Part shown: piece after piece, positions 44,162-53,371 of the stretch
How positions within the stretch are numbered: position 1 is the stretch's first letter
Layout: every line of letters begins with the position of its first letter
DNA from: an uncultured bacterium
GTDB lineage: Bacteria; Chlamydiota; Chlamydiia; Chlamydiales; FEN-1388
Direction: 5' to 3'
Assembly (NCBI GenBank): GCA_964514655.1
Contig: CAZEQY010000005.1
Coordinates: 37,589 to 101,588, forward strand
DNA length: 64,000 nucleotides
Made by a program: the position numbers and the translations under genes
The notes under the pieces: generated by a model
What the model was told of the DNA's origin: nothing
The model's database searches: none
What the model saw: the letters and a program-made list of their open reading frames with translations, nothing else

Positions 44162-45067
44162 TTGATATATACTAATCTGCTTTTTACTAACGGAGTGTAT
44201 ATTTTGTTTGCTGCTGGTATAACTGCTAATCCAAACGATGTTATTATTGATTTTTCTCAATGGAGCGAAGTAAGTGATGTAGAGCTTGGAGGTTTTCGTT
44301 ACTTGATCAGGTACTTGCATAGGTCTATGCGCGAGAATACGGTATTCTCATATATTCCTGCAGACTATGCACTTGTTGATCAACGCCTTCGTGACCTATT
44401 CTCTAACCATCTTAGAAGTGTGCGAGTTGCAAGTGTTGCTGATCAGGAATTTGCAACGTGTCTTGATGCGTTGCCTTTTGGATGGCGCGTATACAAAATT
44501 TGCTGGGATGAGCACGCGCTTGCGATTACCTTTCCTGGCTTCAATAATACTATTCGTATCATTAATTCTGACGATGCGTATCTGAAGTTTGGAGAGATAT
44601 CACCTCGCATAATAGCCTATGATAACCCACCTGATGAGACGGGTTTACGTTATGAAAATGCAGCTATATTGAGGGCAATGGAGCCTGGCGCTCGGCGTCT
44701 TGCCGTTTCATTAGTATTTTCAAATAACCCAAGACTTGGTGAAGAGACCTGCAAAACACATCCGGCACTTTCTGCCTGGTATCAACAAACTGATATTCCG
44801 AAACACGAGCACGCTCCGTATGCACATTTTTTACTGAGCCATTATAAAGATATGCTTCAAAATAAAACATACTTGAGGCTATCTGAAAAGGCAGAATTAC
44901 TTAGATTTTTTACTAAATACATGGATGGAATAAAACGACCACGCCTTGATGTAAATGACGACTCTGATTTTGTTATGGCTTTAAACGGTGTAATCGATGC
45001 ATTAAATCGGCGAAGAACAGGGTGGCTATTGCCCAGTGTAAAGGAAAAGGATTTTCATGATAAATAA
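44162..45067 (+). CDS. Hypothetical protein (start uncertain)
   Basis: The track start is a TTG. Alternative starts are a TTG at 44204 after ACGGAG, or an ATG at 44327. No recognisable motif. Confidence 0.5.
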   Translation: MIYTNLLFTNGVYILFAAGITANPNDVIIDFSQWSEVSDVELGGFRYLIRYLHRSMRENTVFSYIPADYALVDQRLRDLFSNHLRSVRVASVADQEFATCLDALPFGWRVYKICWDEHALAITFPGFNNTIRIINSDDAYLKFGEISPRIIAYDNPPDETGLRYENAAILRAMEPGARRLAVSLVFSNNPRLGEETCKTHPALSAWYQQTDIPKHEHAPYAHFLLSHYKDMLQNKTYLRLSEKAELLRFFTKYMDGIKRPRLDVNDDSDFVMALNGVIDALNRRRTGWLLPSVKEKDFHDK

Positions 45068-46163
45068 TTTATTAATACTATTTTTTGCGGTTGTTATGTG
45101 TGCAGCTGAAGCTGTGCAAATTGAGAGCATATACCCTAATATGAACTTTGGCTATGGGCAAGTGCATGCCTATTACCTTGCAAATGGTGATATTGCTGAG
45201 GTTCGCTCAGAGTTTTGTTCTGATAATTGGGTTGTAGGAGATGATGTCGAACGCGCTACAGTAAAGAAGAGTGTTTGGAAACACGCTATTATGGGGTATG
45301 GAAGCTGGCAAGAGGTGGATGAGCCAGTGCTTGTGAACAAATATGAAGATGGAGCTAGCATCCCACTTTTACGCTACACAGTATCTCCGACAAAAAGCTG
45401 GCAACAAGGCAAGATTTTAGAGATCGGCCCTTCGTGGATTCGCACAAATACTCGCGGACGTATGGCGGTTCATTCTGGAATCAATCTACAAGAGTGGAAA
45501 TATGGCGACAAGGTGCGCTTTCAAGAACGTGACAGCACAAGTGGCACAAGCTTTATGGTCTACAATGAGTCTACCAAAAAATTCTACTACCCTTTTTGGA
45601 GTGTAGCAGACAATCCTTGGGCGGCCGCTTGCTATCGCGTGATTGCTCGAGAGCATATTGATGAGTATACGTACTATACCTTTGACTTGGGCCTAAAGCT
45701 AAAAGTCCCCAAAAGAAAGAGGCTTGGCGTTATACCTATTCCCCTATTTAATGTTGGTGATTTTGCTATGATAAAGCTGAAAGAATCTTCAACTACAAAA
45801 GGCTACGGCCTTTTGCTTGTAAATCCAAATAGTGGCGAAGAAGTTCTTGCTCGCTCAACTGGAGGCGTTCCTGGCTACAATGGAAAAAACTGCGATAGTC
45901 TTTCTGTTACCATGTACAACTGCCCATACCGCTTAGAGTTTGAATATCCATCACAATGTGACTGGGACTCTGCCCTCATTGCCCTCAATGCCACACATAA
46001 CGGCTACGTTTTGCTGCGCGGCTACGACTTTTGGCAAAATGGCCTCTTATACCAGCCATTTGAGCATGATTCCTATTCGTTTATCCCCCTTAAGGAACCT
46101 GTGCTGAACCTAAACCCAGGTCCGCAAGCCTACGAAGGTATTTTCCCCTACGAGCCGCGATGA
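45057..46163 (+). CDS. Hypothetical secreted protein
   Basis: Signal peptide MINNLLILFFAVVMCAAEA. 368 aa and rich in W/Y. It overlaps the upstream gene by 11 nt. Confidence 0.6.
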   Translation: MINNLLILFFAVVMCAAEAVQIESIYPNMNFGYGQVHAYYLANGDIAEVRSEFCSDNWVVGDDVERATVKKSVWKHAIMGYGSWQEVDEPVLVNKYEDGASIPLLRYTVSPTKSWQQGKILEIGPSWIRTNTRGRMAVHSGINLQEWKYGDKVRFQERDSTSGTSFMVYNESTKKFYYPFWSVADNPWAAACYRVIAREHIDEYTYYTFDLGLKLKVPKRKRLGVIPIPLFNVGDFAMIKLKESSTTKGYGLLLVNPNSGEEVLARSTGGVPGYNGKNCDSLSVTMYNCPYRLEFEYPSQCDWDSALIALNATHNGYVLLRGYDFWQNGLLYQPFEHDSYSFIPLKEPVLNLNPGPQAYEGIFPYEPR

Positions 46164-46220
46164 ATTGCTTGCATATAATTATTATTATTTGATATTTTTG
46201 TTACAAAATTGGAGGGCTTA

Positions 46221-47573
46221 ATGCCAGATTTTATTAGAATTAATAGTCCTATTGTGCCAAATGAATATGCATCTTTATCAGATGCTCCGAAATTTGCAAG
46301 TCAAGGAAGGAGATACACTGTCGAGGGTGTGGAGTATGAATTAGTTATTAAAAAACGTGAGTCATATTCATATGGCAAAATCGCGCTCGCTGCTTTAGCT
46401 GTGATTGTTACATTAGGTAACGCTATGTTGCTAAAATCTATTCGCAGTATTATTTTTAAGCAATACAAGAACGTGCGTTTTGCTATTCCTACAGAGTGTT
46501 TTGATAAGCTAAAAGAGGCTCCAACGCCATATCGACTCGAGGCAAAACTTGAGAAATTAAATTCATTTTATTTTGATTATCTCAAAAGACGAGATCCTGA
46601 TCAACTTAAAGAAATTATCAAAACATACGTTAACTCCACTGCAGAGGAAACAGATGTGCAACTTCTTACTTCGTTTATAAAAGAAAAGTTTGATGACATC
46701 GATTTTCTTATTTCAGATAAGGATTGCGATGAGATACAACGAAGTTTTATTCCTTCTGCTCAAGAAAAAAACACTCGTAAGTTCTGTGCCTGCTTTCTTG
46801 AAGGCCAAGACCTCGCAACGAAAGACCGAATGAAAACGCGCACTGCAAAGTACATGTTATCTGCTAAGCACCTCTCCCCATTAAAAGAAGCTGCAAGTTA
46901 TGCATTTAACCACCCAGAAGAGTTTGATGAGAATGAATATAGAACAGCTGTAGAATATTTTGTTATGTCCAGCGTTTCGGATAGTATTGAAAATCAACGT
47001 AAGGCTATACACTACGTCGCAACTCATTTAGATAAATTTGGCACTAGCTGTAAAGAATGGGCTTTCTTGAGAGCTGCTCAAGCGGCGGCTAGTGGAGATA
47101 ATAGTTTTTTCAGTGATGAAGCTTTTTATGCTGCATTCATCAAACATTATGAAGAGTCAAAAACCAAACCTCGAGCGAATGCGCAAGTCACGCATATTCT
47201 TCTTCCGGTATTAGGTGAGCGATTCAAAAATCATGTAGTTGCAAGCATTCAATCTAGTGATATGATAGATGAAATTGAAGGGTGTATTACTTTACTAAAA
47301 AGACATAAATATGACTCACAAGAGGTCGAAGCCTATCTTGCAAAGAAGCTAATAGAAAGAGTGAAGCAAGGTGTCGGTATTGATGAGAGTTCTAGTGGGC
47401 TGCTTATGGCAAATATCGGTTCTTTATCGTCTGAAGACCAAGTTTTGGTATACCACTATATTTTGTGGAACGCTCGTGATTTTGATCTAAAAGCAAGTGC
47501 AGCAAAATATATCCTAGAAAAGCCAGAAGCTTTTGATGATGAGACTGTTAAAACAGCAAAGACTTTCCAGTAG
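46221..47573 (+). CDS. Hypothetical protein with one TM helix
   Basis: An ATG at 46221 sits 5 nt after GGAGGG. The TM helix is YGKIALAALAVIVTLGNAMLL and the remainder is helical. Confidence 0.6.
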   Translation: MPDFIRINSPIVPNEYASLSDAPKFASQGRRYTVEGVEYELVIKKRESYSYGKIALAALAVIVTLGNAMLLKSIRSIIFKQYKNVRFAIPTECFDKLKEAPTPYRLEAKLEKLNSFYFDYLKRRDPDQLKEIIKTYVNSTAEETDVQLLTSFIKEKFDDIDFLISDKDCDEIQRSFIPSAQEKNTRKFCACFLEGQDLATKDRMKTRTAKYMLSAKHLSPLKEAASYAFNHPEEFDENEYRTAVEYFVMSSVSDSIENQRKAIHYVATHLDKFGTSCKEWAFLRAAQAAASGDNSFFSDEAFYAAFIKHYEESKTKPRANAQVTHILLPVLGERFKNHVVASIQSSDMIDEIEGCITLLKRHKYDSQEVEAYLAKKLIERVKQGVGIDESSSGLLMANIGSLSSEDQVLVYHYILWNARDFDLKASAAKYILEKPEAFDDETVKTAKTFQ

Positions 47574-47578
47574 TAGTC

Positions 47579-47911
47579 AGAAGCCGGTCACAACGTGACC
47601 GGCTTCTCGAGTTAGGACATTTGCGTGTGAAGCCGAAGGTTTCTTTGGAGTGCGGTAATTATTTACCGCTCTCAATTTTCAACCACGCGCTGTCGCAACA
47701 ATTACCTCCAAAGCTAAAAAGCAGGTAATAGTATTTGGCTTTGATGCACGGCATAGTTTGAGGGTATTTATATGTTCTGGACCTTTCCGAAGGCAAGATT
47801 TGTGGTCGAAAATTAAGAGCGGTAAAAAAATTACCGCACTCGGGAGCGAGCTTTAAGCTCGCAAATTGCAAATGTCCTAACTTGAGAAGCCGGTCACAAC
47901 GTGACCGGCTT
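47579..47911. repeat. 333-bp palindromic intergenic element (MITE-like or structured RNA) bounded by identical stem-loops
   Basis: Hairpin agaagccggtcac-aac-gtgaccggcttct at 47579-47607, with a copy at 47887-47911. Inverted pair ctcgagttaggacatttgc (47606-47624) / gcaaatgtcctaacttgag (47868-47886). Inverted pair gagtgcggtaattatttaccgctctcaattttc (47648-47680) / gaaaattaagagcggtaaaaaaattaccgcactc (47808-47841). Confidence 0.8.
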
Positions 47912-47918
47912 AGTGTTT

Positions 47919-48395
47919 TTAGTTCCTTAAATTCACTTCAGCAACGTGTGCAAGGCCGATTGCGCCAAGGGCGGTAATTCCTCGTGATATCCAGATACAT
48001 GCACCGGATATTTTATTCTTAGGAGCGTAGGACTCGATTAACGCGCCAGCTGCGAGACTTCCGACAACTGCTACGGCAGCTATTGGTAATAGTTCCATAG
48101 CAGCGGCTGCGGCGCGCTCTTTATTGAGTTGATAGACAGTGTCTGCTACTGCCCTCACTGTAGAGTTTGCCTGTTCACAAAAATTTGTATTGACGCACTC
48201 AAAGAACGAAAATGCATAATTGCATACTTTTTTACAACCTTCAGCAGCAGCACATAGTGTCTCATTATATGCAATCCAATCTGCGCTAGAGATATCTGCA
48301 TTTGCATCGGCTAGACTAAGGCAGCGTGATTCTGAACAGATACCCCAATGAAATACAGTTTTAAAAGTTTCAATTCCAAGTTTACAATCAACCAT
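47919..48395 (-). CDS. Hypothetical Cys-rich protein with a C-terminal hydrophobic region
   Basis: I prefer the ATG at 48395, which is 4 nt after AGGAGG on the minus strand; the track start at 48452 is an upstream extension. The C-terminus is LLPIAAVAVVGSLAAGALI ... ITALGAIGLAHVA. Confidence 0.55.
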   Translation of the reverse strand: MVDCKLGIETFKTVFHWGICSESRCLSLADANADISSADWIAYNETLCAAAEGCKKVCNYAFSFFECVNTNFCEQANSTVRAVADTVYQLNKERAAAAAMELLPIAAVAVVGSLAAGALIESYAPKNKISGACIWISRGITALGAIGLAHVAEVNLRN

Positions 48396-48641
48396 AATTC
48401 CTCCTGTTAGTTTTTTGTAGCGTATTAAAACCATGCTTTGATTTGTCGTCAATCATAAACTGAAAAGAAGTTGCACAATTTTTAATATTGTTAAGGCATT
48501 TAAGAAAATATTTCAGGTAAATCCTTAAAATATATGAGTACCACTGCCCTTCCGCTTATAATAATACATAGTAATCTGTAAATATGTTGTTAATGAATTC
48601 TATCCTTTAGTAAACTATCCAAAACAAATAAGGTAGAATTT

Positions 48642-49307
48642 ATGAACGCGGTTGGAGCTGCAGCACCGGTTACTGATGCTATTGGTGCAAAATACATAGA
48701 GAATCCTAATACTAATCCCGAAGCTGTTGTGAGCCAGTATCGAGAGCAAGCTGCAGGGTATGATGCCATGATGAAAAAGTGGCAATTTTTGACGCCGGAA
48801 CAAGGTGTTCAGATTCTTACTAGATTTGTTTCTAAGGATGCAAAAATTCTTGAGGCAGGTTGCGGCACGGGCCTTTCGGGTGCAGCACAGTATGAGGCTG
48901 GTTTTGGAAATCTTAATGGGATTGATATTTCGCCAGAAATGCTAGCTGTTGCAAGAACAAAAGGTGCATATAAATCGTTAGTAGAAGGCAACCTCCTAGA
49001 TCCCCTGCCCTATCCGGATAACTCTTTTGACGCTGTTGAATGTCTTGCTGTTTTTACTCATATTGTAGAGGTGGAGCCGGTGCTCTGTGAATTTCACCGC
49101 ATAGTTAAGGCTGGTGGGTTGATCATCTTTTCTCAAAGAAAAGATCTTTATAAAAAGCGAAATATGTCTCTTCTTCTTGATAGATTGGAAGGCGACGGCC
49201 TATTTAAAAAAGTGCACCAATCTGATTGGCTGCCTTACGTTACCAATCACGCAGACTATATCGCACATAACATCACAGTCGGCTATTTTGTTTTTCAAAA
49301 GCTCTAA
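48642..49307 (+). CDS. Class I SAM-dependent methyltransferase
   Basis: Motif I ILEAGCGTGLSG and motif-II-like FDAVECLAVFTHI. Confidence 0.75.
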   Translation: MNAVGAAAPVTDAIGAKYIENPNTNPEAVVSQYREQAAGYDAMMKKWQFLTPEQGVQILTRFVSKDAKILEAGCGTGLSGAAQYEAGFGNLNGIDISPEMLAVARTKGAYKSLVEGNLLDPLPYPDNSFDAVECLAVFTHIVEVEPVLCEFHRIVKAGGLIIFSQRKDLYKKRNMSLLLDRLEGDGLFKKVHQSDWLPYVTNHADYIAHNITVGYFVFQKL

Positions 49308-49376
49308 GCGTTAGCTTTTTTTGTTGCAGCAAACGGACGATAGGCTTATGTCTGTAGGGGATATCTGAGGTATGGT

Positions 49377-50339
49377 GTGTTAGAGGCAATTGGTAACTTT
49401 CTTTTAAGGCGACTTGTTGTATCGGTGCTTACGCTCTTTGCGATAGCAACGGCAACGTTTTTCCTCATGCACCTTGTGCCGGGAGATCCCTTTGCCGAAG
49501 AGTCTTTAACAGTGCCTCCAGAGACACTTAAAGCAATAAAGCACTACTACGGCCTTAACGACCCTATTCATCTACAGTACTCGCGCTATATCCTGCAGGT
49601 CTTTACCTTTGATTTTGGCCCATCACTTAAATACACATCGCAAACGGTAAACCAGATTATCTTTGGAGGCCTGCCAATTTCAGCTACACTTGGTCTTGAA
49701 GCACTTCTTTTTGCTATACCTTGCGGCATTCTTTTTGGCACGCTCTCTGCACTCAACTCTCGGGGCTATTCCAACGTCGCCCTCACATCCTGCGCTGTGC
49801 TTGGCGTCTCTATACCTACATTTGTCCTTGCAGCGGGTTTGCAGTTTCTTTTTGCCTTTTATTTTCCGATATTTCCGGTAGCCCGTTGGGGCACGTTTTC
49901 GCACACCGTGCTTCCGGCCCTTGCTTTAGCGATTGGCCCCACCTGCTATATTGCAAGGCTACTTCGCGTCAATATGCTTGAAGTATTTACAAAAGAATAT
50001 GTGCAAGTAGCACGCCTCAAAGGCCTTTCAGAAAGGCGCGTAGTATTTGTGCACGTTCTTAAAAATGCCATTATCCCCATACTCTCTTACCTCGGGCCCG
50101 TTACAACAAATGTCTTAGTGGGCAGCTTTGCTGTAGAGCGCGTCTTTGGTATACCTGGCCTTGGGTTGTGGTTTGTAAATAGCGTTATAAACCGTGATTT
50201 TCCTGTAATTGGCGGCCTTACGCTCTTTTACAGCATACTGCTTATCTTTAATCACACTGTGATAGATCTATTGTGCGCGCTATTAAATCCGGAGGCTAAA
50301 AGTTTGCTAAAATCTAAAAAGGTGCAAGTAGCTACATGA
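49377..50339 (+). CDS. oppB: Oligopeptide ABC transporter permease
   Basis: GTG start after GAGG. The EAA-loop region is EYVQVARLKGLSERRVVFVHVLKNA. Confidence 0.88.
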   Translation: MLEAIGNFLLRRLVVSVLTLFAIATATFFLMHLVPGDPFAEESLTVPPETLKAIKHYYGLNDPIHLQYSRYILQVFTFDFGPSLKYTSQTVNQIIFGGLPISATLGLEALLFAIPCGILFGTLSALNSRGYSNVALTSCAVLGVSIPTFVLAAGLQFLFAFYFPIFPVARWGTFSHTVLPALALAIGPTCYIARLLRVNMLEVFTKEYVQVARLKGLSERRVVFVHVLKNAIIPILSYLGPVTTNVLVGSFAVERVFGIPGLGLWFVNSVINRDFPVIGGLTLFYSILLIFNHTVIDLLCALLNPEAKSLLKSKKVQVAT

Positions 50340-51274
50340 GAGATGATTTTGCCCTACTCTCGGATGAGATGAAAGAAGAAATCCTTGCCCAAAACGAACC
50401 CAAGGCTCGTCCGCCAGCATCTATTTTTTCAATACTTGTACGCCACAAAAGTATCATGATAGGTCTCATCATCTTAAGTATCCTTATTTCGATGGCAATT
50501 TTTGGGCCTCTTTTAAGCCCCTACTCGTATCAGCAGACAGACCTTCCAAACAAAAACCTACCCCCTTGCTGGGAACATATTTTTGGCACCGACGAACTTG
50601 GGCGCGACATGTGGACACGCGTATGTGTAGGCCTTAGAATATCGCTTGAAATAGGTCTTGTAGCTGCGCTTGTTGACCTTTTTCTCGGGGTAAGTTGGGG
50701 TATGACAGCAGGCCTTTCTGGCGGCAATACCGACCATGTGATGATGCGTATTGCTGAGATGATATTTTGTTTGCCCTATCTTCTCTTTGTTATTCTGATC
50801 ACGGTTATTGTTGGGCCTGGCTTTGCCCCTATTATAGCTGCTATGGTCATCATCGGCTGGATACAGATGGCACGAATTACAAGGAGTTTAGTGATTGGCA
50901 TCAAGCAGACAGAGTACTTTAGGGCAGCTCGCTCTTTAGGTGTTACAACTCCTGGTCTTATTAGGCGCCACATCCTGCCAAATATTTCAGGTCCAGTTAC
51001 ATGCATTGTCATGTTGAGTATCCCTCAGGCAATATTTGCTGAAGCTTTTTTAAGCTTTTTGGGCATTGGCATGCAGCCCCCTTTAGCAAGCCTTGGCTCA
51101 CTTGTGAGCGATGCTCTTGGTGCTATGCGCTTTTATCCATGGCGTCTCTTTATTCCATCGGTTACAATTACTTTTACGATCTTTGCCTTTAACCTACTTG
51201 GCGATGGCTTGCGAGATATGCTTGATCCGCAGTCGCGTCGTTTTTTAAACCAGCGCGTTAAGGAGGCATCATGA
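50336..51274 (+). CDS. oppC: Oligopeptide ABC transporter permease
   Basis: 4-bp overlap with oppB. Motifs HIFGTDELGRDMW and EYFRAARSLGVTTPGLIRRHILPN are present. Confidence 0.88.
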   Translation: MRDDFALLSDEMKEEILAQNEPKARPPASIFSILVRHKSIMIGLIILSILISMAIFGPLLSPYSYQQTDLPNKNLPPCWEHIFGTDELGRDMWTRVCVGLRISLEIGLVAALVDLFLGVSWGMTAGLSGGNTDHVMMRIAEMIFCLPYLLFVILITVIVGPGFAPIIAAMVIIGWIQMARITRSLVIGIKQTEYFRAARSLGVTTPGLIRRHILPNISGPVTCIVMLSIPQAIFAEAFLSFLGIGMQPPLASLGSLVSDALGAMRFYPWRLFIPSVTITFTIFAFNLLGDGLRDMLDPQSRRFLNQRVKEAS

Positions 51275-52242
51275 GTCTTCTTTCGGTACAAAACCTCATT
51301 GTCACACTCGATACATCGCATGGCAGAGAGCCGCTTGTTCGCGATATTTCGTTTGACCTCTATCCCCATAAAACGCTTGCATTAGTGGGAGAGTCAGGTT
51401 CCGGTAAGACGATAACTGCAATGGCGATCATGAACCTCTTTCGCTCTCCGCTCACAAAAGTTACGAGCGGCAAGATACTCTTTGAAGGCGAAAATCTTTT
51501 AGATAAGTCATCCCTTGAAATGCGACGTCTTAGAGGCAAGGACCTCGCCTTTATCCCTCAGAGTCCCCTTAGTTGTTTAAACCCAACACTGCAGATAGGC
51601 ACGCAGCTTATGGAGTCTATGTGTAAAGACATCTACCCTACCTACGATGATCGCTATTTTGCAGCTGCTGAAATGCTGCGCCAGGTAGGGTTTTCAGACT
51701 GCATGAGGCGCCTTTCAGCATATCCTCATGAGCTTTCTGGTGGTATGAGGCAGCGCTTACTTATTGCTATGGCCCTTATAAACCGCCCTAAGGTTGTGAT
51801 TGCTGATGAGCCAACAACGGCTCTTGATGTAACGATTCAGGCCCAGGTGCTAGATCTTCTGATGCAGCTACAGCAAGAGCTTGGTATGAGTCTTCTCTTT
51901 ATCACACACGACATGGGCGTTGTTGCAAAAATTGCAGACTACGTCGCTGTCATGTATGCAGGAAAGATTGTTGAGCAAGCTGATGTTAAGAAGATATTCG
52001 AAAAACCGGAGCACCCCTATACCCAGGCGCTTTTAGCATGTTTACCTCGCCTTAAGGACCATCATGCAAGTGAGCTACGCCCCATTCAAGGCTCGCCTCC
52101 GCATATAGGCCAGTATCTTGGCATGTGTTCGTTTATGCCGCGATGTCCCTATGCGATGAAGATATGTGCAGAAAAAGCACCTTTGTTAGAAGATATAGAT
52201 GATAAGCATCAATGCTGCTGCTTTAGGACAAAAAAACGATGA
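51271..52242 (+). CDS. oppD: Oligopeptide ABC transporter ATPase
   Basis: Walker A GESGSGKT, signature LSGGMRQR, Walker B VVIADEPTTALD and the oligopeptide C-terminal Cys motif. Confidence 0.9.
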   Translation: MSLLSVQNLIVTLDTSHGREPLVRDISFDLYPHKTLALVGESGSGKTITAMAIMNLFRSPLTKVTSGKILFEGENLLDKSSLEMRRLRGKDLAFIPQSPLSCLNPTLQIGTQLMESMCKDIYPTYDDRYFAAAEMLRQVGFSDCMRRLSAYPHELSGGMRQRLLIAMALINRPKVVIADEPTTALDVTIQAQVLDLLMQLQQELGMSLLFITHDMGVVAKIADYVAVMYAGKIVEQADVKKIFEKPEHPYTQALLACLPRLKDHHASELRPIQGSPPHIGQYLGMCSFMPRCPYAMKICAEKAPLLEDIDDKHQCCCFRTKKR

Positions 52243-53189
52243 CACCACTTTATGAAATAAAGCAAGTTGACGTTCAGTACCACCTTAAAAGCTCCAAATT
52301 TTTGGCGCTTAGAGATGTGGACCTTGAGGGCTTTTTGGGGCAGACTCTTGGCATTGTCGGTGAAAGTGGCTGTGGCAAGTCTACCTTGGCAAAAACGCTG
52401 ATGTGCATTCATCCCCCCACACATGGACGTGTCTTTTTTGATGGCAAAGAGCTGACGGGCCTTTCTGCTAAAGAGCAGCGTCAGGCACTTCGCGGCATGC
52501 AGATGATCTTTCAAGATCCGGATGCCTCGCTAAACCCGCGTATGTCTGTCGCAGATCACCTTAAAGAGGCAATACTTACTTCTAAGGTAGAGTTTAGCGG
52601 TAAAATCGAAGACTATATCAAAGATCTACTCGATATGGTGCAGCTTCCGCAAAGTACGGCAAAGATGTACTCCTATCAGCTTAGTGGCGGGCAAAAGCAG
52701 CGGGTAAGTATCGCAAGAGCTTTGAGCGTAAAGCCAAAGCTCCTTATTTGCGATGAGCCGCTTTCATCGCTTGATGTCTCAGTAGTTGCGCAGATTATCT
52801 TGCTTTTAAAGAAAATTCAAGAAGAGCAAGGGATTTCTTATCTCTTTATTACGCACGATCTTGCAACGCTGCGCTACCTAGCGCATCGCCTTTTAGTACT
52901 TTATCTTGGCCGTGTTATGGAAGTAGCGCCAGCTGAAGATGTGTTTAAAGAAGCCTTGCATCCATATACACAAGCGCTTATGGCAAGCATCCCCGTTCCT
53001 GACCCAACGGCAGAGCGAGAGCCTGCCAAGTTATGTATCGTCGGAGACCCCCCTTCTATTGTAGACCCTCCAAAGGCATGCGTTTTTCATACACGATGTC
53101 CTTACGCTACAGAGGCCTGTCGTCATATCGCACCGCGGCTTAAAGAAGTGCGCCCGGGCCATTTTGTTGCATGCCATCTATATAGTTAA
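52239..53189 (+). CDS. oppF: Oligopeptide ABC transporter ATPase
   Basis: Walker A GESGCGKST, signature LSGGQKQR and LLICDEPLSSLD. Confidence 0.9.
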   Translation: MTPLYEIKQVDVQYHLKSSKFLALRDVDLEGFLGQTLGIVGESGCGKSTLAKTLMCIHPPTHGRVFFDGKELTGLSAKEQRQALRGMQMIFQDPDASLNPRMSVADHLKEAILTSKVEFSGKIEDYIKDLLDMVQLPQSTAKMYSYQLSGGQKQRVSIARALSVKPKLLICDEPLSSLDVSVVAQIILLLKKIQEEQGISYLFITHDLATLRYLAHRLLVLYLGRVMEVAPAEDVFKEALHPYTQALMASIPVPDPTAEREPAKLCIVGDPPSIVDPPKACVFHTRCPYATEACRHIAPRLKEVRPGHFVACHLYS

Positions 53190-53371
53190 ACCGTCTTTAC
53201 TGCGTCCCGCCCTTTTAACATACGGTTCTTAATCTCGATCTTGATCTTGGTCTTAATCTTTTTTTTGTAAACGTGTGTGACAAGATCAGGATTAAGAAAT
53301 AGTAGTTTCCCTAAAACGTATTTTTTGGTAAATCACAGTGTAACAACAAATATGGAGTATAAGAGTTTTAT

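Noticed and set aside
47659-47871. 70-aa minus-strand ORF inside the intergenic palindromic element
   Set aside because: It starts at a TTG, spans both inverted-repeat arms, and has odd composition. It is most likely a by-product of the palindrome.
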